Below are positions 9,620-19,947 of a stretch of DNA of 64,000 bases, piece by piece; position 1 is the first letter of the stretch, and the number at the start of each line of letters is the position of its first letter. Under the pieces are notes generated by a model. It worked only from the letters and a program-made list of their open reading frames with translations. It was not told the origin of the DNA and did not search any database. Both the position numbers and the translations under genes were made by a program. Location of the stretch: NCBI GenBank assembly GCA_002269645.1, contig NIVC01003033.1, forward strand, positions 1 to 64,000, written 5' to 3'. The DNA is from Macrostomum lignano (Eukaryota).

Positions 9620-10288
9620 TCATTGTGGATACCGTAGAAGCCATATGAAGTAACTGCGTGATAAAATAAGCTGTTTTAACGCATGACAATAAATATGCAG
9701 TGTCCAATGATAGGCGTTATGGGCTTGTAAAGTATTTTGCAAATGCCGTGCTATCTCGAGGGGTAGCATATGTCGTAATATGCCCTGATGATTATGTGCG
9801 TAAAGAATCAATTCGTAGCGCGAGCGCTGAGCACAACGGGGTACTGGCCAAAACTCCAGCAACCGTTCTATACTCATGGCTGTCAGGGTATGAATATTAT
9901 ATACAGATAAACAGCGTGATACGTCCGGCTTTATGCGACACCACTTCTTGAAAGTGCTGTCCGTCGGCATGGTGTTACAGACAGGGCACCCTATGATGCC
10001 TCTGCTAGCGGTGCGTTTCAAGCACTGCATGCAGATAAAATGATTGTGACGACAGTATTGAAAGGTGCGCCATGAGTAACAATAGGCGCACTGCGTCAGA
10101 CTACTCCTACATAGGGGGCAGAGTTGCCAAGGTTGAATATAATGCGCGTCACGTAAGCATGTTCCACAGATGCGATGATTATTTATACAAATGGTTGGTG
10201 GCTTTATCCACAAATCTTCTTCCAGACAGACAGGGCAGTCATATAGTTGCTGTACTTGGGGCGCCTGCTTGGACAGTGCGTTGCCCAT
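9620..10288 (-). CDS. Accessory tandem-RING ORF 'RING1', copy C1, with N-myristoylation motif
   Basis: MGNALS; CPVC..CINNHRICGTC..CPLC and CAYC..CRHNHFICMQC..CPVC. Confidence 0.85.
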   Translation of the reverse strand: MGNALSKQAPQVQQLYDCPVCLEEDLWIKPPTICINNHRICGTCLRDAHYIQPWQLCPLCRSSLTQCAYCYSWRTFQYCRHNHFICMQCLKRTASRGIIGCPVCNTMPTDSTFKKWCRIKPDVSRCLSVYNIHTLTAMSIERLLEFWPVPRCAQRSRYELILYAHNHQGILRHMLPLEIARHLQNTLQAHNAYHWTLHIYCHALKQLILSRSYFIWLLRYPQ

Positions 10289-10483
10289 TGTCGTCGTTGC
10301 TTGAAGTTGAAGTCGCTCAGATTAGTCGCCTCTTACGACAAGCTTGCGAAGCTGTAGAGCTATTCTGACCCGGTCTCTACACGGGTTTTGTTTTTTTTGT
10401 AGCTTAACGAGGTCGCAGATTGTAGCCGTGTGGCTGGCTCTCGTTCGCTGTTTGAGTCTCCTCGTTCTTCGTTGCGATGTGGC

Positions 10484-11410
10484 GGTTGCCGTTGCTTTCG
10501 CGACTACTGTTATCAGTAGTATTACGATAGTCCAAAACCAAAATGTCTGCCATCTTCTCGCTTTGGCTGGTTTCTTTGCTGGCATTGGCTGTGGCTGCCA
10601 TTCGTTATCTTCCTCATCCGCATCATATCCTTCCGGCTGCTCCATTGGCTGTTTCAGGCGGAAGGCTTCTGATTCGCTCTGCTTTTTGGTTATTTCAGTA
10701 TCTTCGTCTGCGGCTTCTTCCTATGTTTCAGTTGTTTCACTCCATTGCGTTTGGTATCTTTTCTCTGTCTTGTAGTCGACCGTTTGAATATAGGCTTCAC
10801 CATTTCGTTTGTATCGGATCTCGTAGCATTCGTCGCTGTCGGAACTCGGCTTTTCTTTCACCTGTTCTTTTTCCATTTCTTCATCTTTCCATTGTATTTC
10901 GTAGCCTTGATCGCTGTCGGAACTTAGATTCTCCGCTCTCGGTTCTTCCTGCATTCCTCTTTCGGCTTGGTAGTCGTTTGTGTCATCACGCACCTCGCAG
11001 TCGTGGTCGTTGCCGTAATTCCTACATTCTTCTTCTTCCTTCATTTCTTTCTCTTTCATGCCTGTCTTGTCGTCATCCACTGTTGTCGGTTCATAGTTGT
11101 TTTCTTCGCCGGTCTCCATCTTTTCTTCGTTGCCGATGTCGCTCTCCGCCTCCTCCCTTTTCTTGTGATTTACTTTCTTCCTGTTTTCTCTGCTGTCTCC
11201 GGTGGTCTCTTTTGTTTCGATCATGTCGGTTTTATCCGTCTCTTCTGTGTTGCCAGTGTTGTCCTCGTGCGTCGTCTTCTTTTCGATCAAGCTGATGTCA
11301 AGTTCCGGGACTGTGAAGTCCATTTCCAAGTCGTCAATTGTGAACACTTGCTGTTCCTGCTGCTCATTCTCCGGTGTGTACGTGATGGCATTCGCGTATC
11401 GTGGCATTGC
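10484..11410 (-). pseudogene. Gag acidic linker and env signal peptide of C1 (premature stop at 10721)
   Basis: MPRYANAITYTPENEQQEQQVF... matches A; ends WTIVILLITVVAKATAT at the deletion junction. Confidence 0.85.
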
Positions 11411-11943
11411 CGAACTCAATTCGAAGAACTCGACCGAATCTCGAGTTGCTGTAGGAAGACTGCTGTAGAGCTTCCACTTCGGAGCTTTCTCTCTCGGAGA
11501 ACTTGTTGGCTCTGGGTCCGTTCCGGACCACTTGTATTTATAGGCGTTCAGACCTCTCGAGGTCGTACATCACTGTCTTCGCAAAAAAGGGTCACGATTC
11601 GGTGGCTGTCAAGCATGACAGGGTAGAAAGTTGCGCAACTAGTCTACTGTAAAAGCGCATGATTGGTTACCGTACCTGGTAGACTTTGATTGGTTCATCC
11701 GGGTGCAACCCGAGTGCAAACCAAATGATGACTTGAAGGTGGGGTTTGAATTGACAGTTGTTGGTCGCACTTGATTGGGTGATTTCTAAAATTAGCATGC
11801 TCGAGATTTCTCTCTTTCTATTGGTTATTTCGAATATATGTATGGTTCAGCGCATATCCTTATACATGTTCCTCAAATTACTACTATTTAAGTAGTACGT
11901 TAACAATTTTAAATAACTTTTCTGGGAGATATAATACTCTACA
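11411..11943 (-). repeat. 3' LTR of copy C2 (U3 and TATA; R/U5 deleted)
   Basis: Starts TGTAGAGTA on minus at 11943 directly after the PPT; TATAAATA at 11535-11542; aligns with 38660-39206. Confidence 0.85.
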
Positions 11944-11960
11944 AAATCTCCCTTTTTTAC
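11944..11960 (-). promoter_or_regulatory. Polypurine tract of C2
   Basis: Minus strand AAAAAAGGGAGATTT immediately precedes TGTAGAG; related sequence at 8668-8680. Confidence 0.7.
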
Positions 11961-12154
11961 GAAAAAACTCGTCCCGAGTTTGAATAGTAATATAAATTTA
12001 CAGAAACGTCTTGAACTTGATATTGTATATATTTATATTGCCGGTATGTTACATTGTATACATTATTAGTAGTTAGTTTTGTCAGAGTTCATGGAAAGTT
12101 ATCGTCTGATAAATGCAGATGACACTTGCCCCTGTGTTGATGCCGCTCGGACGA

Positions 12155-12793
12155 TCAGCCGAACCCGATTTTGAGCACGGCGGATATCTGCTGCGCTGTT
12201 CGCGCAGCCAGACATGCCACCGCCCAGAATGTCGGCTGAAAGCGTGTGAAGCGCGGTTCCTCTGTGCGCTCGAGTATCATCAGGTAGGCGTCAATACTCG
12301 TGAGTCCAGGGTGCTCGCGAGCCAGGCTCCTGGAAATGCCAAGGACGTGACGCCATGACTCCTGATGACGGTGCGGCCACGGCCACAACCGGATGGCGAT
12401 GGACAATTGTTCGAAGGTCAAGCTGTCCGGCTCCGCCAACGTCAACTCTAGCACTGGTGTTATTGTCGCCAGCATCAGCGCCGTCGAATGGTTGACAGGA
12501 GCCAGACATTCGGTGCAGATCTCGATATCTCTTGCACCGTACCTCCGGAGACAGTTTGCACAGACCCAATGTCGGTTGGAACACACCTGAACATGGGGCT
12601 GTTCGCCGCATACCACGCAGGTAGCCCGCGCGCGACGGCAGACCGGGCAGGTAGATAGCATGGTAACATTGCCATCCACCTGCTGCGCCATGGCGTCGCA
12701 GGAGACACACACGCGGTGTCCCCACTCACACGTCGGGATCATATAGTCCCGCGTCTCGAGACAGCAGGGGCATACGTCGTTGTTCTCGGCCAT
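12155..12793 (-). CDS. Accessory tandem-RING ORF 'RING2', copy C2
   Basis: CPCC..CEWGHRVCVSC..CPVC and CVVC..CSNRHWVCANC..CTEC; homologous to 8916-9551. Confidence 0.85.
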   Translation of the reverse strand: MAENNDVCPCCLETRDYMIPTCEWGHRVCVSCDAMAQQVDGNVTMLSTCPVCRRARATCVVCGEQPHVQVCSNRHWVCANCLRRYGARDIEICTECLAPVNHSTALMLATITPVLELTLAEPDSLTFEQLSIAIRLWPWPHRHQESWRHVLGISRSLAREHPGLTSIDAYLMILERTEEPRFTRFQPTFWAVACLAARTAQQISAVLKIGFG

Positions 12794-12881
12794 CTGCGGG
12801 TTTTATGTATTCATCGTAATTAAAGCAGTCAGGGTAAAGCATACAGTCTACTGTGTATACCGCAAAAGCCATATAAAATAA

Positions 12882-13520
12882 CTACGTGACAAAATTAGTC
12901 TTTTTAGCGATATGTGTGCAATATGTGTGCAATGTCCTGTGAAACGCGTGATGGGCATGCAAAAATTGTCGTAGATGTCGTTCTATATCCAGGGGTAACA
13001 TATGACGCAATATTCCTTGATTGTTATGTGCGTTCAGTAGTAATTCATTGCGTGAGCGTCGAGCGAAACGAGGTACTGGCCAAAACTCTACCAACTGTTC
13101 GATACGTATTGCGGGTAGTGTTCGAATATTATCAACATGTAAGCATCGGTTGGCGTCGGGCTTGATGCGACACCACTTCTTGAAGGTGCTGTCCGTCGGC
13201 ATACTGTTACAGATAGGGCACCCTATGATGCCCCTACTGACGGTGCGTTTCAAGCATTGCATGCAAAGAAAATAACTTTGATTACAGTATTGAAAAGTGC
13301 GCCACGAATAACAATAGGCGCACTGCGTCATACTACTCTTACATAGGGGGGAACTTAGCCAGGGTTGGATATGATGCGCGTCACACAAGCACGTTCCGCA
13401 TATGCGATGATTATTTATACAAATGGTTGGTGGTTTTATATGCAGGTCATCTTCCAAACAGACAGGGCATTCATAGAGTTGCTGTGGCTGGGTCGCCAGT
13501 CTAGACTGTGCATTGCCCAT
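12882..13520 (-). CDS. Accessory tandem-RING ORF 'RING1', copy C2 (some Zn ligands substituted)
   Basis: MGNAQS; homologous to 9620-10288; CPLC reads SPLC and one His reads Tyr. Confidence 0.82.
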   Translation of the reverse strand: MGNAQSRLATQPQQLYECPVCLEDDLHIKPPTICINNHRICGTCLCDAHHIQPWLSSPLCKSSMTQCAYCYSWRTFQYCNQSYFLCMQCLKRTVSRGIIGCPICNSMPTDSTFKKWCRIKPDANRCLHVDNIRTLPAIRIEQLVEFWPVPRFARRSRNELLLNAHNNQGILRHMLPLDIERHLRQFLHAHHAFHRTLHTYCTHIAKKTNFVT

Positions 13521-13680
13521 AGTCGTTAGCCCAGCGTCAGTTGCAGTTATGAAGTCGATTGTAGAGTTCGCTTGTGGAGTCGCACGGATTAGTCGCCTCT
13601 TACGACAAGCTTGCGAAGCTGTAGAGCTATTCTGACCCGGTCTCTACACGGGTTTGTTTTCGCAACTTAACGAGGTCGCA

Positions 13681-14991
13681 AACAATCCCTACATTGAATC
13701 TTACAATAAGGAGCAGCCCTCAAACTACATTACTTACTTGGACGCTAATAATCTCTACGGGTGGGCGATGAGTCAAGATCTTCCAGTTAGAGATTTTCGA
13801 TGGCTACCCTCATCAGAACTAAAGTGGGACTTTTCATTGGCTGCCATTTATGAGGTTGATGTTTACATTCCACCAGAGCTTCACGACTATTTCTCTGACT
13901 TTCCACCCTTCCCAGAGAACATCAAGTGCCCGAAAATAATCGAAACTCCCAATGGAACTTGGCACCTGTCAGGAACAGAAAAAGAACATACAGAGAAACT
14001 AACACAGAATCTAAACAACAAGACACGTTACAAAATCCATTACAAACTGCTTCAGTATTTTATCTCACTTGGTTGTAGGGTCACCAAAGTTCACAGGGCT
14101 CTTACATTTACAGAGGAAGCGTGGATGAAACCCTACATTGATAAGAATACCCAGTTTAGGACCAAAGCAACCAACGACTTTGACAAGAACCTCTTTAAGT
14201 TAGCCAACAACTCCGTCTATGGCAAGACTCTTGAGAATGAGAGGAAAAGAACAAACCTGAAACTTGTTACCTCATCAGAGCCTGCTGTTATTCAGGCAAA
14301 TATGTCAAAGCCAACATTCAAAGAACTCCATATCTTTAATAGCTACTTAGGTGTGATCATATTTTACAAAACCAAGGTGACGCTGCGCAAGCCGATCTAT
14401 ACAGGTGTCACTGTTCTCGACGAATCAAAACGTTTGATGTACCAGTTCTTCTATGGCATGAAGCAGCAGTACAAGGATAAAATGAAACTCTTGTACACCG
14501 ACACAGACAGTTTTATTATGGACATTCAAACAGAAGACATTTATCAGGACATGCTGCAGCAAAAAGATTTGTTTGACTTGTCTGAGTATGATGAATCTTT
14601 CAGGATACAGAATGGCGATCAAGTGTTTGACGCCACTAACAAGAAAGTGATTGGGAAAATGAAGGACGAGATTGCTGGTGACATAATCACTGAATTCATT
14701 GGGTTGAGAGCAAAGTCCTATTTTGTAAAATGTGAGTCGTCAGACCCAATTAAAAAATCAAAGGGAATTCCGAAACGCGTGGTTAGGAAGGAAATTAATG
14801 AAGTTGAATACAGAGACGCCTTGAATTGCAACAAAAAGACATCACATGAGTTCTCAAAGCTACAATCTAAAAACCATATTATATTATTCACACAATTCAG
14901 CAAAAGAAGATTGGACTGTCAGGTGCAGATAACAAGGGATTCATTTTTGATGACAATATTAACAGTCTACCGTTCGGGCACTGGAGATTAG
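13681..14991 (+). pseudogene. Protein-primed DNA polymerase B of outer Polinton, 5'-truncated, frameshift near 3' end
   Basis: ANNPY..YLDANNLYGWAMSQ, FKLANNSVYGKTLEN, LLYTDTDSF, GKMKDE, KSKG; shifted frame gives KKIGLSGADNK...LPFGHW. Confidence 0.93.
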
Positions 14992-15107
14992 GTTTAGGAG
15001 GTTGGGTTTAGGAGGTGGAGGTTAGATTCGGGCACTGGAGATTAGGAGATTAGGAGATTAGGAGATTAGGTTTAGGTTTAAGAGAAAGTTTAATAAAACT
15101 TATAAAA

Positions 15108-15509
15108 ATGACGACAAATAACTTTCTTGAAGATTTGGCTAACGAACTGGAAATCCCAAACTTTAGAGGAATATTTATGAGGGACACTCTGCCTGATTTT
15201 CCTCTAAGAAAGGAATGCGGCATCATGAACTTTGACACCACCGATAAGCCAGGATCTCATTGGGTTTGCTGGGTGATTGATCCCGATCGCAAGCACAAGT
15301 GTTATTACTTTGATAGCTATGGGACGACAGTACCAGAAGAGCTAAGAAATTATATGAAGGGAAAAAAGAATAAAAAAATTTATCACTCAGACTTTATTCT
15401 CCAAGGTCTTAGCAGTGATATTTGCGGTGAGCTGTGCATGACTGTTTTGTATGCAATGACCAAAACACGAAAGACCTACAAGGAAATTATTCTTGGCTGT
15501 GTTTCATAA
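15108..15509 (+). CDS. Adenain-like cysteine protease (outer Polinton)
   Basis: FRGIFMRDTLP, ECGIMNFD..GSHWVC, YYFDSYG, Q...ICGELC. Confidence 0.9.
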   Translation: MTTNNFLEDLANELEIPNFRGIFMRDTLPDFPLRKECGIMNFDTTDKPGSHWVCWVIDPDRKHKCYYFDSYGTTVPEELRNYMKGKKNKKIYHSDFILQGLSSDICGELCMTVLYAMTKTRKTYKEIILGCVS

Positions 15510-15513
15510 GGGT

Positions 15514-16121
15514 TCATTGTGCATTTCTCGTCATCCTTCTTGCCGAATTTTTTGCCGAATTTCTTGCCGACTTTCTTTCCGCATAATGTTGAAGAACTTT
15601 CTCGAGTTCATTTCTCAGCTGACTCATGTCATCAGTACCGACCATGTTCAAGTTCATTCGAATTGATTGTTCATAAAGATCCTGAATGGTTTTGAACTCA
15701 TCCTCTGAAATGAACTTATCTTCGATTGCCCTTGAAATGTACCCTATGATTGAAGTGTGCACCCCTTTCTCTTTTACTTGCTTCTCCTGTAGCTGCTTTA
15801 GTTTTTTTCGCCTGTTTCGCGCTACTGCTCCAGTAATTGCTGAAATAAGTCCACATGCAGCACCCACAGAGCCGAGCGGGATTGCGATTGGGACTGTGAT
15901 GGCTGGCAACACTGAGACAGCTGCAGCAGATCCAGTTAGAACAGACACAGATCCTAGAAGCATATTGCTGTAGTCGAAAAATTTACAGTGGTTGTCATAG
16001 CGCTTAATTTTCTTTGCGTTGTGGAAAATATTTTTTGCTCATATTGGGGTGCACTAGGTGCTGTGGGAGCTGTGGGTGTTGTGGGAGCGTTCGGATCATA
16101 AAGAGAATTTTGAGCATCCAT
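15514..16121 (-). CDS. Polinton-associated hydrophobic/coiled-coil protein (frameshift near 5' end)
   Basis: Hydrophobic hairpin then ISRAIEDKFISEDEF; probable start MDAQNSLY at 16121 is in another frame from ORF 15514-15963. Confidence 0.6.
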
Positions 16122-16342
16122 TTTTTAGGGAATTTTTAAAAATTTAGCAACTTGTTGGTGGTGGTTAGATTTGTTTTACGTTTGATTGTTTCGTCTGCAG
16201 TCGGCGCCAGCGGGTCTCTTCGAATCTACATATTTATTGTCTATGTGCTCCATTCTACACTTGATCTCAAACAAACCGGTTGGCTCACGAAATTTTGGGT
16301 TAGTGGTCAAACCGGTTGGCTCACGAAATTTGTGGTCAGTGG

Positions 16343-16903
16343 TCAAGTCGGTTGGATCATTTTTTCCCTTGTGGTCTGTGGTGCCTCTTCAGCGTCAATG
16401 TTTTTGAGATTATGCAAGCGTTCAAGACGACCGATTCTTCTCAACGATTTCTGCCATTCGGTAAAAACTAAATCTACAAAGACTTTAATTGCATCAATTC
16501 TTACTTTGATTTGATCATGAAACGCTGTTGACTGAGTCATGAACTCTTCTTGATTATTTACTTTAGCTGTGTTTGTGAAAACTCCTCCTTCAAGAATGCG
16601 CATCTGTCTAGCAGTAGAATTTCTCAGAAGATTAATTGTCGATGTCAACCCGTTGATTTGCGAGACCGCCGAAGTTATTTCTGACCTTAGTTCATTAGTT
16701 GCGTGTACAACCTGTACATAAAGCTGATCACTTTCAAACTTCTGCCTAGCTACTTTTATGCGGAGATCTTCGATGTTTATTTGTAGCTGGTGCATGGAGC
16801 GCTCTAATTGTTTCAGTCTGTTTTTATTCAGTTTGATCTCTGGGATCTCTTCGTCGCTGTTGATATATCGCCTGTCAAGGATGGATATTTGAGCTGATGT
16901 AAG
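16343..16903 (-). pseudogene. 3' part of an outer-Polinton coiled-coil ORF disrupted by the inner Polinton (5' part at 30652-30696)
   Basis: Removing the insertion and one TSD gives MSINFAGESISGNSA-LTSAQISILDRRYINSDEEIPEIKLNKNRLKQLERS-MHQLQINIEDLR..., in frame. Confidence 0.85.
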
Positions 16904-16909
16904 AGCGCT

Positions 16910-17044
16910 AGTAGTAGGGGAAATGTGGACTCTGCCGCAGGAATTTCCGTGGGAAAACCACGGGCCTGTAGTGTGTAAACATAGCGCCTATGTAAATGCA
17001 TTGGTGGACTCTGCCGCAGGGAAAGCCATGGAAATTCCATGGGG
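16910..17044 (+). repeat. Left TIR of inner Polinton
   Basis: Reverse complement of 30517-30651 with 4 mismatches; contains GTGGACTCTGCCGCAGG twice. Confidence 0.96.
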
Positions 17045-17191
17045 CCTTAGTGAGAGAACATAGGCCTATGTTTTTCTATTGCTGTATGTCTGCTGCAGTG
17101 GTTTAGTCTATATAAGGACCAAAAAATCTCTTTGATTCATGAAAAAACGATTTTTTTCGACGAGATAGTTTATTCTGTTAGATTTTAAGTC

Positions 17192-17959
17192 ATGGACATC
17201 GGCGAAGGATATAAACTCCAAATACAGGAGTATGAAGGAGTTATGTTCATTGCTATCAGAAAATTTTACCGACATGGCAGCACTGCGAGTTTGAAACCTG
17301 GAGTCCCCGGCTTCAATTTGAACATCCGTCAGTGGGAGAAGCTCAAGGAGTTGAAGCGATCGCTTGTCAAGGCGGCCTTGGACAAACAGCCAAAGGTTGT
17401 CAAACTCGGCTTCGATAAGTTCATCGAAGTGAAAAACGGCATTATCTGGTTAAAGCGATTGCCGGAGGACTGCTGCGACGAGTTTCTTAAGCGGAACACC
17501 GTGCTGCTGACACCGCCGCTGTGGCGAAAGCTGTGGCAGTACGCGGATTGGATCGACGAGCAGCTATCGGCTCCACGTGAGATTTCCGATGTATACGAGC
17601 TGGAGTCGGGATCTTCCTCCAACAGCATCGAAAATGAAGACGGTGCTGGCGAAAACGCGGAAGAGACCAAGCCGGTAGTGAAGGCGGAGGACGATGCTCC
17701 TGCTGCTGCTGGCGATGTGGCTGGCATGCCATCCAATCTGCAAATCGACACAGCGTTTGCCACTTCAACGCCTCTGCAACTGACCAAGCCAGCAGCTGGA
17801 GCGATTCCTCGGCAGGACACTGATCTGCAAGAGGACCCAGTCTGGTACCAGTTCCGAGCTCAAGCAGCCGCCGCTGAGAACGCCAGGAAACGCAAGCAGC
17901 CGCCGTTCGCTCTGCGCAGATTGGACGCCATGAAGCTGCCCAGGCCGTGCTTCGACTGA
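17192..17959 (+). CDS. PC4/Sub1-like ssDNA-binding coactivator (apparently two PC4 repeats) with acidic tail
   Basis: IGEGYKLQIQEYEGVMFIAIRKFY...LKPGVPGFNLNIRQWEKL parallels PC4 [24 protein letters not shown]...MKPGRKGISLNPEQWSQL; second degenerate repeat LGFDKFIEV...LTPPLWRKL. Confidence 0.75.
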   Translation: MDIGEGYKLQIQEYEGVMFIAIRKFYRHGSTASLKPGVPGFNLNIRQWEKLKELKRSLVKAALDKQPKVVKLGFDKFIEVKNGIIWLKRLPEDCCDEFLKRNTVLLTPPLWRKLWQYADWIDEQLSAPREISDVYELESGSSSNSIENEDGAGENAEETKPVVKAEDDAPAAAGDVAGMPSNLQIDTAFATSTPLQLTKPAAGAIPRQDTDLQEDPVWYQFRAQAAAAENARKRKQPPFALRRLDAMKLPRPCFD

Positions 17960-18123
17960 TTGCAGACCCTCTGACATTGAGACAAACTCTGTGCTACGAG
18001 CTTTTTATCCAGACCTGCTTTCCATCTCTTTGTTTGAAAATAAAAAATATATGCTTGCTTTCACATGCGCTATACATTTTCAATGTCTTAAGAAAACCTA
18101 AAAATGTTTCTTTGTTTCTGAAA

Positions 18124-19191
18124 ATGGAAAAAATTTATTTCAATCCAAATCAGCCTGCGAGCTATTGCAGTTCTTCAAAACTGCAACATGAACTGCGAAA
18201 AAGAGGCGAGCATATTGGAGTCAAGAGCATTGAGCAGTGGCTAAGTCAGCAGCCAGTACACACTCTGCATAAGCCAGCTAGAGTACGATTTCCAAGGGCG
18301 CCAATAATAGTGAGGGCCATTGATGATCAGTGGGAGATGGATCTGGTGGAAATGATTCCGTTTGCAAAGTATAATCGCGGGCATAAATACATTCTCACCT
18401 GCATTGATGTTTTATCTAAATTTGCAATGGCCCGAGCACTGAAGTCTAAGAGCGCGGCAGAAGTGAAATCTGCGTTTGAGAGCATGCTGAAGAGCTCAAA
18501 GCGGCAGCCGCGGACTGTCCGCACAGATCAGGGAAAGGAGTTTGTCAACGCAATTTTTCGCCAGTTCTGCATAGACCGGGGGATTCTGGCGTTTCCAACT
18601 AGCAGTGAGCACAAAGCAGCCATAATTGAAAGATGGAATCGAACTTTAAAAAGCAAGATGTGGCGTTACTTTACTCACAACAGCACTCTACAATGGCTTG
18701 ATGTGCTGCCTAAACTGGTCAAGTCCTATAACAATACTTTCCACAGAAGCATCAAGACTACACCAATGAATGTCAGCAAAGCAAACGAGACTGAAGTGTG
18801 GATGAACCTTTATGATGGGAAAGCGATTGAGACAGTTGAGAAACTGAGAAAACCGAAGTTCTGTGAAAACCAATCAGTGCGGATTTCCAATGCACCCAGA
18901 CTCTTCAGGAAGGGATACAAGGCGAACTGGAGCGAGGAGGTGTACACCATAGTGTTTAGGGCACCAAAGCATTATCCCTACATGTACAGGATTCGAGACA
19001 TGAAGGGGGAAGACATTAGAGGCCTCTTCCACGAGCATGAGCTGCAAGCTGTTCCGGACTCGCAGCGGCTGTATGTAATCGAGAAGGTTCTGAAGACTGA
19101 GAAGCGGAAGGGAAAGATCCGATATCTCGTCAAGTGGGCCGGCTACAAGTCCACTGACTGGGTGGATGAGAAGGACTTAAGAAAAGTGTAA
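18124..19191 (+). CDS. Polinton retroviral-like (rve) integrase with C-terminal chromodomain
   Basis: WEMDLVEM, ILTCIDVLSKF, VRTDQGKEF, AAIIERWNRTLK, VIEKVLK...YLVKWAGY...WV; likely start is the ATG at 18124. Confidence 0.95.
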   Translation: MEKIYFNPNQPASYCSSSKLQHELRKRGEHIGVKSIEQWLSQQPVHTLHKPARVRFPRAPIIVRAIDDQWEMDLVEMIPFAKYNRGHKYILTCIDVLSKFAMARALKSKSAAEVKSAFESMLKSSKRQPRTVRTDQGKEFVNAIFRQFCIDRGILAFPTSSEHKAAIIERWNRTLKSKMWRYFTHNSTLQWLDVLPKLVKSYNNTFHRSIKTTPMNVSKANETEVWMNLYDGKAIETVEKLRKPKFCENQSVRISNAPRLFRKGYKANWSEEVYTIVFRAPKHYPYMYRIRDMKGEDIRGLFHEHELQAVPDSQRLYVIEKVLKTEKRKGKIRYLVKWAGYKSTDWVDEKDLRKV

Positions 19192-19380
19192 GATACCAAC
19201 ATTGTGCAGCCATTCCCAACTATGAGAAGCATCATCATTTGTAGCGAAAATGCTGAAGGTACTGGAGGAGCCTGTATCTCTGATTGTTATGTGCCTGTAT
19301 GACTCACTGATTGAGGTCACCAAGCACAGGGAGATTCTGCTAGATTTTCCATCCTAGGAGTACGCTGGCGCAACGCTAAT

Positions 19381-19947
19381 ATGGATGCTTTTCAACTGCT
19401 TAAACTGGCTAAAAGCTTTTTGCCACAAAATAACTGTTTAATTATTGTCTTGAATTCAATAAATAAAACATCTTATGCTTTAAACATTATTCAGCGAGCA
19501 ACTCTCAAAAGAAATTTATCTCGATGTAGGTTTATTTTCTTTCTGCTTCAGTACAGCTCATCCTTCGGTCACTGGGTGGTTTGTTATGCTGATAAGGAGA
19601 ATTCCATAGAACTCTTTAACTCTCTGGGCTGGGACTCCAGCACTTTAGAGATCATTCACAGAGCACTGAAATCCTTTTGGTATTCTCCATTCTACTTACG
19701 TAGCAATGTGAATCGAATTCAGAGCTGCAACTCTGCTAAATGCGGTTTGTTCTGTCTCTTGTTTGCCTATCAAAAGTTTCGTTTTAAGCGCTCGTTTGAG
19801 TGGGTTCTGCGGCACCTCCATGCAAATCAGCAGAGCCACTTGAATGAAAGAATTCTGCAAAGGTTTGAAAGTTGCTTAAGAAAAAGAAATTTAATTAGAT
19901 TTTTTAAAAATCAAGAATTTAGCTCAACAGGCAATGGAAACACGTGA
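19381..19947 (+). CDS. Adenain-like cysteine protease (inner Polinton, divergent)
   Basis: GHWVVCY, IELFNSLG, RIQSCNSAKCGLFCLLF. Confidence 0.85.
   Translation: MDAFQLLKLAKSFLPQNNCLIIVLNSINKTSYALNIIQRATLKRNLSRCRFIFFLLQYSSSFGHWVVCYADKENSIELFNSLGWDSSTLEIIHRALKSFWYSPFYLRSNVNRIQSCNSAKCGLFCLLFAYQKFRFKRSFEWVLRHLHANQQSHLNERILQRFESCLRKRNLIRFFKNQEFSSTGNGNT

Larger units (their letters stand above)
8668..11410 (-). mobile_element. Internally deleted copy C1 of the A family (gag linker / pol C-terminus / RING1 / RING2 / PPT)
   Basis: 10484-11410 is nearly identical to 3690-4610; pol end HGYNLRPR* at 10404; PPT-like AAAATCTCCC at 8668 as at 11944. Confidence 0.85.

Noticed and set aside
3767-11626. Long plus-strand ORFs opposite the acidic gag linker (3767-4423, 10543-11295, 10967-11626)
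   Set aside because: Antisense shadows of purine-rich coding sequence; they recur only because the linker is duplicated.
13654-13680. N-terminus MFSQLNEV of the polB ORF in the track
   Set aside because: These codons come from the antisense of the C2 pol end; genuine polB homology begins at ANNPY.
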